A stretch of 64,000 bases of DNA. Origin: Rhynchobatus australiae (taxonomy: Eukaryota). The position numbers and the translations under genes were made by a program. Where the stretch lies: NCBI GenBank assembly GCA_034780895.1, contig JAUZTB010000027.1, forward strand, positions 30,497,293 through 30,561,292, in the 5' to 3' direction. The notes below the pieces were generated by a model. That model was not told where the DNA came from. It searched no databases and was given only the letters and a program-made list of their open reading frames with translations. Below, in pieces: positions 12,994 through 25,475 of this stretch (the first letter of the stretch is position 1; each line of letters begins with the position of its first letter).

Positions 12994-13604
12994 TGTTACG
13001 AACCGGCAACAAAAGAAACACACCGAGACATGTATAAGTGTTAAAAACTACTTTATTAATAACTACTTATGATAATATGAAAAATAAAAGTAAAAATGGT
13101 AGAATGTTAGAAATAAAAGTGTTAAACCTTGAACATTAACCCCAAAAACTAACTAAACATCGTGTGTGTGTGGCAAATTCCCAAACTCCACCTCCAGGAA
13201 TGGTGAACTGAACTGAAGTTCAGTTCAGCAAGCCATAAGGTGAAACATGAGTAAAGGCTTCTTCAACAACCACCGTTGTCTGGAGATAAANNNNNNNNNN
13301 NNNNNNNNNNNNNNNNNNNNNNNNNNNNNNNNNNNNNNNNNNNNNNNNNNNNNNNNNNNNNNNNNNNNNNNNNNNNNNNNNNNNNNNNNNCACAGGTTAC
13401 CGACAAAGTGAACTCCACCGGATTACTCTCAACAATCCATACGTGGATTGCAGTGACAGTCACAGTTCTTGTTTCTCATCCATTGATAGAGAAAACAAGC
13501 AGGCGAGCGTCTCTCTCTCTCTCGTGTCTCTCTCTCCTTCAGACTGACTCCAACTGGCTGTTCCAACAACATCATGACATCCTTTATCTCTGTTGACGTT
13601 AGCA

Positions 13605-13657
<53 letters not shown>

Positions 13658-13704
13658 AACCTATCTTAAAGGGACCTTCACTAATAGTAACCTAGTCCAT
13701 AACA
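12994..13704 (-). mobile_element. Solo LTR (Gypsy-like or ERV) with a 4-bp TSD
   Basis: Starts TGTTACGAAC and ends GTCCATAACA (TG...CA, imperfect terminal inverted repeat). GAAG on both sides (12990-12993 and 13705-13708). AATAAA on minus near 13052-13057. Internal 100-N gap. Confidence 0.85.
13607..13652. repeat. (CA)n microsatellite within the LTR
   Basis: Perfect CA run. Confidence 0.95.
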
Positions 13705-13949
13705 GAAGTCCAAGGACACAACACAAACCTGAGCCACAAAGTCAGGTTCCATCACACTTGGGCTGGGTCTAAAGTAAAGCCATGCATTGAGAATCAGTTG
13801 ACCTATCTGTACTCTCCAAGCTACTTTAGAGCAGTCAGCACAGTGTTCAGCTTTGGTGCATTATACTTATAAACCATTAGCCTGACCAAATCCAACCTAA
13901 GTCCAAGTGCATAATTTTTTTTGACCTCCATCCTTACTGCAACACACAC

Positions 13950-14520
13950 AGTCAGAACCAGTTGTGCTTGGGTCACCTAACCAGTGTGCATGTGGAATCT
14001 GAGGGGCAACAGAGGATGAGAAATAGGAAGGCCCAAATGATAATTCCTTGGAAGTCCTCAGAGGACTTGGAGTAGCAGGAGAAGGAGTTATGGCAAATGA
14101 GTCCCCAACCATGACTGATAAGGTTAGAATAGAATCGGGGAGAGAAGTACCTCCTGGCGGAGGGAAGCAATGTTGCAGGATGTTGCATGCAGACTGGGGA
14201 GGATGAAATGAACTTATTCACCATGGTCACAGTTGCATAGAATTAGAATTTAATAAGGGACATTTCAGTTCTGAGATAGGGGTTAACATTCAACCACAAA
14301 AATTTGGAAGGCAAGAGTACTGCCTCAAACTTTGGAGAGGAAAGTTTGGTCAGAGACAGCCTCTAGCTTAGTGATAACAAAGACCTTGTGGTCCTTGCAC
14401 TTACTTGTGGCTTGACAGATGCAGTAAACAATGGGAGAAGAAGCAGAATAATTAGAGGAGTGGGAGAAAATGGAGGAAAATGGAATTGTTCCCAAGGGAA
14501 GGCCTGGGAAGCAATGTTAA
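13950..14520 (-). mobile_element. Old L2 LINE reverse-transcriptase fragment
   Basis: Decayed minus-strand match to the DTVDH...WFxSYL...GVPQGSILGPLLF region ('cttccaaggaattatcatttgggccttcctatttctcatc'). Confidence 0.6.
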
Positions 14521-15199
14521 AGTGTTTTGCTGGTTGTTTATTGTTAACATTCTAGCAATTCTGCATAAAATATGGGCAGCACAGTGAACATCTTGGTAAA
14601 GCATGGTGTTTTATCTTCCAGTAAAACAATCCCTCCCAATACATAAAAAGACTAGTTTATTTTCCTGTAAACCCATACCTCCTGTCACACTACGATAAAA
14701 ATAACAAATCCTGGCTGCCAAGATGGCAGGCGGTGACAGTAACAGGGGAAAAAAAAGTGATAGCAAACATAAGATGGTAACTCAAAGTGGCAAACATAGA
14801 TAGAGAAAGCTTTACTCACATGCACATAAACAATTCAAAAATAAAGTGGTACCCACAAAACATTCTGCAACTGCAATACAATCTTTTAATTTTAATGATT
14901 ATAGAAACAGATTTTTGACATCACTATTTTCAATACCAGAAAGCTAAAAGAGCATAACAACATTTAACATGTACTGACAACTTCCAATTTTTTCACGATG
15001 TAAACAGTGCAACTTTCAGCATAAATACAAAAGAAAAAATAAAACAAGATGCAAAACAGTGCTTGAAATATACGGTATCAAAAAGTTTCAAAAGTAAACT
15101 TTTATTAGTTAAAGCACTAACTATGGACCATGGTTTCAATTCTGGCTGAGAAATTAGTAAAACAAACATAAAAACATCATCATCCAGCTCACTGGCAAA

Positions 15200-15906
15200 A
15201 AGACAGAATTGTATTTATATAATACCTTCCACATCTACTTCAGGACAATCTAAGGCAATCAGAGATAAGGAAGTACTAATGTAGTGTAGACACAGTTGTA
15301 AGAAGTGCAGCACTCATAGAAAATGTACGACACAAAAGAGGCAGTTGCCCCGTCATGTCTGCACCAGTCAAAAATGAGAAGTCCAGCCTAATGTCATTTT
15401 CCTGGATTTGGTCCATGGAACTGCAGATCCTCTTAAAGTATATATCAAAGTACTTTTAAATTAGTCCACATTAAGTTTCCATAAAAAGTTATGTGGTAAC
15501 AGCTTGGTAATCTTGTTAGTCATGAGATAAATATTGGTGGGATACTGGGGATGNNNNNNNNNNNNNNNNNNNNNNNNNNNNNNNNNNNNNNNNNNNNNNN
15601 NNNNNNNNNNNNNNNNNNNNNNNNNNNNNNNNNNNNNNNNNNNNNNNNNNNNNNNNNNNNNNNNNNNNNNNNNNNNNNNNNNNNNNNNNNNNNNNNNNNN
15701 NNNNNNNNNNNNNNNNNNNNNNNNNNNNNNNNNNNNNNNNNNNNNNNNNNNNNNNNNNNNNNNNNNNNNNNNNNNNNNNNNNNNNNNNNNNNNNNNNNNN
15801 NNNNNNNNNNNNNNNNNNNNNNNNNNNNNNNNNNNNNNNNNNNNGTACCCGGTGGAGAGAGTTGGACCAATGGCAACAGTGTTACCAACTGAGCCACAGC
15901 TGACAC
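15200..15906 (-). mobile_element. DeuSINE (SacSINE1-like), interrupted by a CR1 tail (about 15320-15460) and a gap
   Basis: Head gtgtcagctgtggctcagttggtaacact on minus near 15875-15906; middle 'ccaatatttatc' near 15525-15536; tail near 15200-15310. Collinear with the copy at 23121. Confidence 0.65.
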
Positions 15907-18169
15907 AGTATATATGATCACTTATGGAATTCATTCAATGTTACATTGGTCAATGAAAGTTCAATGGTTACTTTCCATACAACAAATGTGCTGATATTAA
16001 AAAATCAACTCCAATTGCCTCTGCAACCAAGTTTTTGAACCAACCCACCCACCATAACATCACATCTAAAATCAAAGCTAAGAAGAAAGGCTACCTGCTC
16101 TGCTATTTCTATGTTCTCCACCTCTCAAGGATCCTCAGCCACTTTGCCCATTCTTGCCTGCTTTAATGGACAGAATGAAGTAAATTTTCAAAAAGTGATT
16201 TGTCACCTGCTTTTGGACACAAAATTTTCTTTCCATTTATTTCAAAGGAAATGAAAGTCTTGTAGATTCTGTAACCAGTGGTCAATATGCTCTGTTACTT
16301 CAACATGCAACAGTCGGTGAGAATTGTGCCATTCATTGCTGGTCTAGCTCACTAATGCTTGTTTCACAATATGCACTTTTCCCTTGAAAGAAGCACAATG
16401 CCGACACAAACATCATTCATTCAGCCCACTGCAGAACTGTCATGTTAGGTAGCTGTCATGCACAGCTGAGCAGAGCATTGGACATGCAGTAAGACTGCAA
16501 AATATGAAACAGAACAAAATCTCAAAATAAAACATCATGAAACAAAAGACCATTTCCAAAACCACCAGCCCATGTGATAGGATGAAATTTTCTATATATT
16601 TGTTTGGGTTGAGGCAATGACACCAGAAACATTTTTATTTTAAAGGAACCAAGATGTTTCCACATGCATGGATCTGGAAAATTGTAGNNNNNNNNNNNNN
16701 NNNNNNNNNNNNNNNNNNNNNNNNNNNNNNNNNNNNNNNNNNNNNNNNNNNNNNNNNNNNNNNNNNNNNNNNNNNNNNNNNNNNNNNATGCATGGATCTG
16801 GAAAATTGTAGTTATAGCACACTGAAGAATCAGAACAAAATGCTAGTTACTTTTAGTAATAATGGTTCTTTATTTACACTATTTAGGAATATATTCATGG
16901 TAGTACCACATATATGATACAGCTGGTGGCAAGTCAACTTTACTGATTCGCTTGGGTTGTTCTGATCCTCAACTGTAAATCCAGGTTGTTAGTACATTTA
17001 CCGTCAGAAGTTCAGCCAATGCACCAAAGCTTTGACATTTTCTTTTTATCAGTGATGTGCTGAAAGAGCATATGGATTTTTTTTTCAAACTATGAGAATG
17101 ACCTTCCATATCAGAGGCTTTTTTTTAAAAAGGAGTTAGATCAGCACTATTATTATTGCATTCTATTGCTTTTTTGACTTTCCTCTCTGTCAATCTTCTT
17201 CCCTCCTTTCCTGGAGGCACTGAAACCTTCAAATGAATGATTCCAAAGGCATTATCCATTACCTTGCCAAAAGAGAAACTATTCGAGTTGCTAGACAGTC
17301 AAGTATTCGTTCCCATTTCCTGAAAGGTCGAGTAATGATGACTTCATGCAGGAACTAGCTTGGAAGCTGCTCTGAAGTTGACAGCATGGGGAAGATCACA
17401 TATGGCCCACATTTTGCAGTTGTAATGACAGCAAAACTATTAGCATTCACTGTCATTATACTGTGAAACTGACAGAAACTTTGGGATTTCTTGCACATGC
17501 GTTGTTTAACACAGAACTCCCAAAGCTGCTATCAGCAATTCAACACTCTCTTCCAGAGTTTTGCAACCTTCTCTATTATAATGAAGAAAGGAATTGTGGA
17601 AACTTTTTAGGTATTCACAAGCTAATTTTTGCTGTAAAATTCCTTAAAAATATTAAGCATGAGGTGGTAAGTGAATTTTCTGTGGTGTACTGAGCCCTTA
17701 TTATTGCTCAGCAACCTCTTTGGCACAAAAAAATCTAATATATGTGTGTGGATTTTAATTGACTAAAGTAAACATTTCAAAATAAAAACTCTGTAATACA
17801 AATTCAGTTGTTATTGTTCAGAAAGACTATTTCTACATTTCAGATTCTTCCTGATTTTTTTTATATATGTGTTCCAGTCTTTTTCTTGCATACTGCACAA
17901 TGTAATCTGTGAGAATTCAAGGTGATTGGCTGCTTAGCCAACTTAATGTTATCAAGAATACTGCATGTTGGGGATCCCTCGTAGATCATATTGGCAATAG
18001 CGGTTTTAAAGGGATAAGGCTTTAGATTACAGTTTTTGACTAAAATTTTTGCTACAGATTCAGCAAAATACACATCTTATCATGAATGCTCGAGTTACAT
18101 TAACATTATGCCCAAATTACATATTGATGCATTAACAGTTTGCTATAACATTAGGTCTGTAATCAGACC

Positions 18170-18756
18170 AAGGTAATCATACAGGATGGATTTTCAGTTC
18201 ATCGTGTCCATGCTGATGACAAAAGAGCTTCTTTAGGTGAATCCCACTTCCCAGCTCCCTGCCTACAGCCCTGCAGGTTGCAGGACATCAAGAGTTCACC
18301 TGGATGCTTTTTAAATGCGGTGAGGGTTTTTGCTTCCAGCACGCTTTCAGGCAGTGGGTTTCATACTACCAACGTCCTTGGGGGAATCTTTTTTCCCCCA
18401 AGTCCACTCTAATCCTTCTACCAATTAACTCAAATATATGCCTCTAGTTATTGAGCATCTGTAAAGCAAATTGGTCTTTCCTATTCAGCCTGAATAGTCT
18501 CTCATAATTTCTCAATCTCAATTAAATCTCCTCTTAGCCTCCAAATAAAACAATCTAAGCCGAGTCAATATCTCCTCATCACTAAAATTCTTCAGTACCC
18601 ACAACCTATCTCAAATCTGCTCTGCACCTCTCCAGAGTGATCACATTCTACTTGTGATGTGGTGACTAGAACTATACATATTATTTGACCTGTGGGCGAA
18701 CTAATGCTTTGTATAATTCCAGCATGACTTCCCTGCTCTTACATTCCAAGTCTCTG
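18170..18756 (-). mobile_element. CR1 LINE 3' fragment
   Basis: ORF piece RDLECKSREVMLELYKALVRPQ, followed by a CR1 3'UTR on minus. Ends at the gap 18757-19412. Confidence 0.85.
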
Positions 18757-19439
18757 NNNNNNNNNNNNNNNNNNNNNNNNNNNNNNNNNNNNNNNNNNNN
18801 NNNNNNNNNNNNNNNNNNNNNNNNNNNNNNNNNNNNNNNNNNNNNNNNNNNNNNNNNNNNNNNNNNNNNNNNNNNNNNNNNNNNNNNNNNNNNNNNNNNN
18901 NNNNNNNNNNNNNNNNNNNNNNNNNNNNNNNNNNNNNNNNNNNNNNNNNNNNNNNNNNNNNNNNNNNNNNNNNNNNNNNNNNNNNNNNNNNNNNNNNNNN
19001 NNNNNNNNNNNNNNNNNNNNNNNNNNNNNNNNNNNNNNNNNNNNNNNNNNNNNNNNNNNNNNNNNNNNNNNNNNNNNNNNNNNNNNNNNNNNNNNNNNNN
19101 NNNNNNNNNNNNNNNNNNNNNNNNNNNNNNNNNNNNNNNNNNNNNNNNNNNNNNNNNNNNNNNNNNNNNNNNNNNNNNNNNNNNNNNNNNNNNNNNNNNN
19201 NNNNNNNNNNNNNNNNNNNNNNNNNNNNNNNNNNNNNNNNNNNNNNNNNNNNNNNNNNNNNNNNNNNNNNNNNNNNNNNNNNNNNNNNNNNNNNNNNNNN
19301 NNNNNNNNNNNNNNNNNNNNNNNNNNNNNNNNNNNNNNNNNNNNNNNNNNNNNNNNNNNNNNNNNNNNNNNNNNNNNNNNNNNNNNNNNNNNNNNNNNNN
19401 NNNNNNNNNNNNACAGACCAAGGCCACAAAGTGATTTAA

Positions 19440-20100
19440 GTGAAAGGGTGTCAATTTTAAACAGTAAGCTTTGGCAGACAGCCGTGTCTATGTAGGGGGA
19501 AATGCTACAGGATAGCGAAATGAGCAACAGAGTGTGGATGAAACTATGTTTACATGACCAGGGAGAATGAGAGGCATTGATGAAGGAAAGACATGTTTGA
19601 TAGTTTCGGCTAGAAGAAACTCTAAGTCAAAAAAAAGGAAGATGCTTGACTGTCAAAGAACATGACACTACAACAATAAATTCGACATTGACATTGTAGT
19701 AGTGTAGAAGCTGAGGGAATAGAACTGGGTGTTGTCACCAATATGTGAAAGCTGAAGCCATGGTTTCTAATGTTATTGTTGAGAGCAGTGTTCTCAAGAG
19801 AAAAAGGGACTGAGAACAAATCTTTGGGGAACACTGGAATTGCTTGGGGGCAATGACAGAAGTGGCTGCCGTGAGATCTTCCCAAAATCCATTTAGTAAC
19901 ATTGGGACCAAGCCCATCAAGCTGGACAAGAGTGAAAAGGTATTAGTGGATGGTGGATCAAAATGGAGATAGTGGGCCACTATCACAGACACAGTGGGTG
20001 TCATTTATGAACTTTAGAACAGCTTCAGTGCTGTAATGAGAGTAGAACTTGACATGAGATTCATACAGAAAACTGTGAAGAAAATGGGCAAGGAGCTGGG
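19440..20100 (-). mobile_element. Old L2 LINE reverse-transcriptase fragment
   Basis: Minus strand SVPQRFVLSPF...IRNHGFSFHI-GDNTQFY, a decayed GVPQGSVLGP...HGxSFHxYADDTQLY. Confidence 0.75.
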
Positions 20101-20218
20101 TGGGGGAGGTGGGGGATCAACATGGTAACTACATACAGAGTCAACAGTGCTGCTAGTTTGAATAGAAAATAATAATTCTTTGCAATTATTCAATCTTAAA
20201 AAGCTATTGGTATTGAAG

Positions 20219-20330
20219 TACAAGGGACCCGTGTTGCGAGGGAGGTTTGCATTCCCAGAAAACCATCCATATTGCAATTTTTCTCAACGCAAAGCCACGT
20301 CCACGTCATCTGCACATGTCAAGAAACACA
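20219..20330. mobile_element. Possible Tigger/pogo-like DNA transposon end
   Basis: TA followed by CAAGGGACCCGTGTTGCGAG...TTCCCAGAAAACC, CpG-rich and similar to Tigger terminal repeats. No convincing second end found. Confidence 0.35.
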
Positions 20331-22758
20331 GGTTTATAAAAAAAAATCGTATTTACTTATTTACCATTCCCCGCATAAGTTTAGATTGAATCAACTTTGC
20401 ATATTACAGAGAAAATAAAAGGATATATCCCCACCACTCAATTTAAATCAATGGGAAACAAGTTGTCCTCGCATTTGGTTTTTACACTCTTAGCAAGTCT
20501 GATTTTCCTCTATTCAGTGGGTTCAGATAGTCTAGACACAGGAACAGAAACATCTTTACAATATTTAACTTGTAGAAATATCTTTGTGCAGTTAATACTG
20601 TGAAATATAACCCTCGAAATAACTTATGTTTATTCTGAAAATTAAAAACCATTCGATGGTTCCCTAAAATATCCTAGTTGTAATTCATGATGCTTCCCAG
20701 AAGAACTAAAAATTTATTTTGGTATTTGATNNNNNNNNNNNNNNNNNNNNNNNNNNNNNNNNNNNNNNNNNNNNNNNNNNNNNNNNNNNNNNNNNNNNNN
20801 NNNNNNNNNNNNNNNNNNNNNNNNNNNNNNNNNNNNNNNNNNNNNNNNNNNCTCCATGATCAGAGAGAGGGTTAGGGTGTTTTAAAATTTTAAGCTATGA
20901 ATTTAAAGTCATTTCAAACCCACTAAGACAATACTACTGAAATAAACACTGTTCAGACACACTTAAGCTCCACCTACTGCTTGGACATACGGGCCTCAAT
21001 ACAGTCAAGCGATAATCTATGTTGTTATCCTGTTTACATATTGCCAATCTTTTTTAGCATCAGTATTTAAAGTATTCAAACTGCCAAATAGCTTTTCTGG
21101 GCCAAGAGAGAGCTCATGCAGTCGAATAAAAGCTTCAGGAAACAGAAGTCTTTCAGTACAAAGATTTGGCTGGTTCAGTCTTATTTTGTATTTTTGATTT
21201 TCGCTACCCAAGAGCCAATATATTTCAGAAGAAAAAGAAAACACATAAGCACAATGACTAATGAAACTATTTGGGACACAGTGAATTAAAACTGCAGTTG
21301 ATAGTTTTGTTGACAAACTCTTCTAATGGTATCTTATGAATGTTGGTATTTATTCTGGACATGCATCCAGTCTCTTTGAAGCTTCCTGGTATCTGAAGGG
21401 CTGGATGTAGACACTCCAGTATACCATTGTTTTACCTTATAAATATCGTCTGTTGTTATGCATTTTTCATAACCAACTATAATAATCAATTGTTCAATTC
21501 TGAAGACATGCTAGAAATGTATACAAAACTGATTTTTCATTGCTTGCTTTATTATTTGTTTAATATATAGCCATATAAACTCGCATAAATTATCCAAACT
21601 GAAATTACATTTTATTATGTTGCTTTTCTTATTAATTTTTGTATTTTACTTGTGTTGGTANNNNNNNNNNNNNNNNNNNNNNNNNNNNNNNNNNNNNNNN
21701 NNNNNNNNNNNNNTCTGGTTTTATCATTTCAAAAATAATGCAGAACTCATTTTCCAAACTTACATAATATAATTATTTTGAAATATAAAAGTAGTTTTCT
21801 TTTGAGTTTTTGGAATATCTTTTTTTAGCCTGTAGTTTGAAGCATGGCCTAAACGACAGCTGTGAAGGCCTCTCCCCAGCTCAGCCCTGCAGGAGCTCTA
21901 ATGTACTTCATTCAGGGGCTGGGAGCTGCTTTTAATCTATCAGCATGACTCCGCAGCTGCTGTAAGCTAGCTGAAAATGGTCTGCACTTGGGGCTTAACT
22001 TTTGTAACCCTTTATGTACAACACATGTTCAAAAATATATCAAAACAGCAAAAAGCTTTGGAAAAATACTTCAGGATACTGTGAAAACAAATAAAGATGG
22101 ACAACAATAAAGAAAATTGCAATCTTTTTAATACTCCTACATTTTATCAGATGAATTGTTATGAACTGCCTAGAAACTCACCTATATCATAACTGCTGAT
22201 TACGAACAAATAATAGATGTGTGTGCAGTCCTCAGTTGTTCTCCAGCCAGTACGTACATGAGCACACAGTCATGAATGTACATGCAAGCCCAAAAACAAC
22301 TGAGACCACACACAGGGTTGTAATTTGTCCCTGGCCATCTGCTGTACTGTATAATGCACACAGGTTATTCCCTCTCTCTTCATTTCTGCTTGTGAAAAAT
22401 GACTTGTGTCACGTCAATGTAAGGTGATTGTACAGGTGAAATAAGCACTGCCCATAAACAATAATAGGGAAGACTGGTTGGCACACTGTCTTTCAGTGGT
22501 AGGATCAAATTGAGTTCAAGTCCAGTGCAGAATTGAAGTGATGAATGGCTCCTCCCATTCAAAGATTTCATGGTGAAATGCAATTGGAATGTCTCCACCT
22601 GTAATTTTATGGGTTGACAGCACCAAGTCAGTCCTAAACTGGCACATAAAGGTTGCACAACAAAGGGCACAGCAGCAGAATTTATATTTCAATGGTGCAT
22701 CACTAGAGAAGACAAAAGAGAATCTACCATACGCTGGCCAATATTTTTCCTGAGCTAT

Positions 22759-22943
22759 GGAGACACAAGAGACTGCAAATGATAGAATCTGGAGCAAAAA
22801 AAAATGAGCTGCTGGAGGAACTCAGTGGGTTAGGCAGCATCTGGACTGATGAAGGATCACAAACTGAAATGATGACTGTCCATTTCCCTCCACAGATGCT
22901 GCCTGACCCATTGAGTTCTGCCATTAGCTTGTTTTTTTTTGCT
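22759..22943. mobile_element. Palindromic PLE-derived mini-element, copy 2
   Basis: Inverted arms gaactcagtgggttaggcagcatctg / cagatgctgcctgacccattgagttc. Central CTGATGAAGG...TGAAA near 22846-22869. Confidence 0.85.
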
Positions 22944-23120
22944 GGACCTAGGAGATCTTGATGCAGACACTAGATGCTTAGAGAGGAAGAATATTAAATT
23001 TACAACAACAACAACTTCCTCAAAATGGAAGGAGAGCAAATGCTTTGAATATAATGAAGTTCTACAGTCACATTTTCATATAATGAATTACTCTGGCATT
23101 CCTGCATCCTAAACTTGAAT

Positions 23121-23525
23121 TGTGGCTCAGTTGTTTGCATTCTTGCTTGTCAGTTAGAAGAGTGAACACAGGATTGAAGCTGAAGTACATTGCCAAAGTA
23201 GGACTGCAGTGCTAGAGGTGCCATCTTTTGACTAAATTGTTACACAGTGGCCCACTGCTTTCCTCTTGGCTGAAAGTATACGATCACGTGGTCTTATTTT
23301 CAATAGTTTTACCTGCTGCCCTGAAAAATATTTATCTATTAAGCATACTCACTAAAACTGATTACTTGATTAATATTACTTTACTGTTGAAGCTTACTGT
23401 GTGCAAATTATCCAGTTTCCCATATGACAAGAGTCATTCCATTACAAAGGTACATTAACGGTTGTACACTGTCTTAGCATGTACCAAGGTCACGAAAGGA
23501 ATTATATAATTGCAAAATTTCCTTT
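23121..23525 (+). mobile_element. DeuSINE (SacSINE1-like), near full length and old
   Basis: tRNA-like head tgtggctcagttg, Deu-domain-like 'gctagaggtgccatctttt', 'aatatttatc', 'ctgtgtgcaaatt', and an L2-like tail 'aggtcacgaaaggaattatataattgcaa'. Confidence 0.75.
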
Positions 23526-25264
23526 TATTTTTCCAAATGAAGTTCTTTAGTCCATACTAAAGAAATTTAACAATAATGACTGTGCTATAATTGAAAAGTA
23601 TTTAATGTCTATAAAGTCAAATGCTCAAACAAATGATCCACATTATTCAGATATTATGAAATCCATACTAGAGAAAGCATTAAAAAGCATTGACACATAC
23701 CATGACAGTACTCGATGCATTTTTGTTTCCATATATATGCAGAGGATTTCTCTGTTAAGGACTAGTGGGCAATCCCAGATCATTAAAAAATCTATTTTGG
23801 TTTGTAAATTGCCTAATGGATTACCATTTTGCTCCCAAATTATGCAAGTTAGCTTGCTTGCAATTCTGAACTCCAGATTTGCATCAGAGTCCAGAGTCTT
23901 CCCTTCAATTATGCAATAAATGAAAAGCAGTAAATATATGATGGTGTAACTGTATTGTTAGCCATCAACCCTTTAGTTGTCATCAAACCCATTGTCTTTT
24001 CTTCCGCTTTGTTCATTTCATATCTTTTCATCACAATACTTCGGTTCTTTGCTAATTTTATTACCTTTGCTTCGTTATTAGTTTGCTTTTGTTAGCGAAA
24101 GCTTCACTAATCAAAATCACAAAAGAGGACAATTAAATATAGGTGGAGTCCTGTGAACTACTTGGCTGTATACTACTTGTAGCTGCTTCAGTTGTGGGTA
24201 ATATTTTAGTAATTATTCAGTGGTGAGCTCAACTGTACATTTTTTTTGGGAATCAATCCGAGGAAAATTCATCAATTATGATATAAGATTATCAGATTTG
24301 ACAAGATGACTTGTTTCTGAACACGTATTTATGTATTTTCCAGTTTGATTATTTTCTATTGAAACTAAGGCCTTGGAAAGATAACGTCACTTAAAGATAT
24401 TACCAAAATAAAATATTGCTTCTAATCCTCTGATGACGAATGTAATAGATTTTGGTCCCAGTACACTTTTTTTTAAACAGGTTTTTTTTAGAAAGGATAT
24501 TAAAGGAACTCACTTCATCAAGTACAGATAAATTTTTAAAAATTAAAATGTTATGATGGAATAAAGTAGACATATTGTGAAGTTTACAATTGAATCAAAG
24601 TATAGACAGCTACTGAGAAACGCACAACTATTGTCAATTTTTGAAGTTTTCTCTTCAATTTTTACTGTGGCTGTTACTGAAAGCAGTAAATTCAACATCC
24701 TTAATGAGTACTTTGCTGATCTATCTGCCTCAATACCACAAAATGTAATGCATTTACCAACAAAGCTGGGAAACTGGGTGGATAGCTGTTCCCCCTTTGA
24801 TCTAAGGGTGAAAACCCTTTAAATCTAACACTAAAACATATTAGCAATCAATGCAGCATAACAGGTCTGAATTTTCTGCCTTAGTATGCAATTTCACTGA
24901 GGCAACAGGTCACACCAACTGGGTTTAAAGAATCAGTGCTCAAGTTTATTGCCAGCAGTATTTGACAGGGCTGCACCATATAGTCCTTCAATGGCAAGGT
25001 GGAATATGCTCAGAAGAAAAGAACTACTTCCTATTCCAGAATATATCAATCTTCAGCCACCCTGACTTTCAGTATATTTTTGCGATCACTAGTGGTTAAT
25101 CATGGACCCATAAGAAAAATTATTTGGTCATCAGATCAAAGATAGAAAGAAATATTCACTGGGCCAAGTTCCAGCTGTATTATGTTGTGACTTAGTAAAT
25201 GGAGCCAATTCTGTCGCCCATTGAGGTAGTATCTGCCCAAATGACAAGGGGCATTTGCTGTTAA

Positions 25265-25475
25265 GTGTTGGCCAGGACACTGGACATACTCTGCTGTTGT
25301 TCAAGTCTATCGGATCCTTTTCATCTCACTGAGGTAACATTTTAACCTTTGATTAACATTTCATTCAAAAGTGAGCTCCTCCAACAATGCAGCACCATCA
25401 GCCTTGATTATATGTTCAGGTCCGTGAGTGCAGCTTAGAATCACAACATTCTCATTTTAAAACAAGAAAGCTAAA
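25265..25475 (-). mobile_element. DeuSINE (SacSINE1-like) fragment
   Basis: Minus strand 'gctgcattgttggaggagc...gatcc...agtgtcctggccaa'. Confidence 0.6.

Noticed and set aside
20095-20116. G-run cluster as a G-quadruplex
   Set aside because: It has only three runs of three or more G and lies at the edge of an L2 remnant; nothing else supports function.
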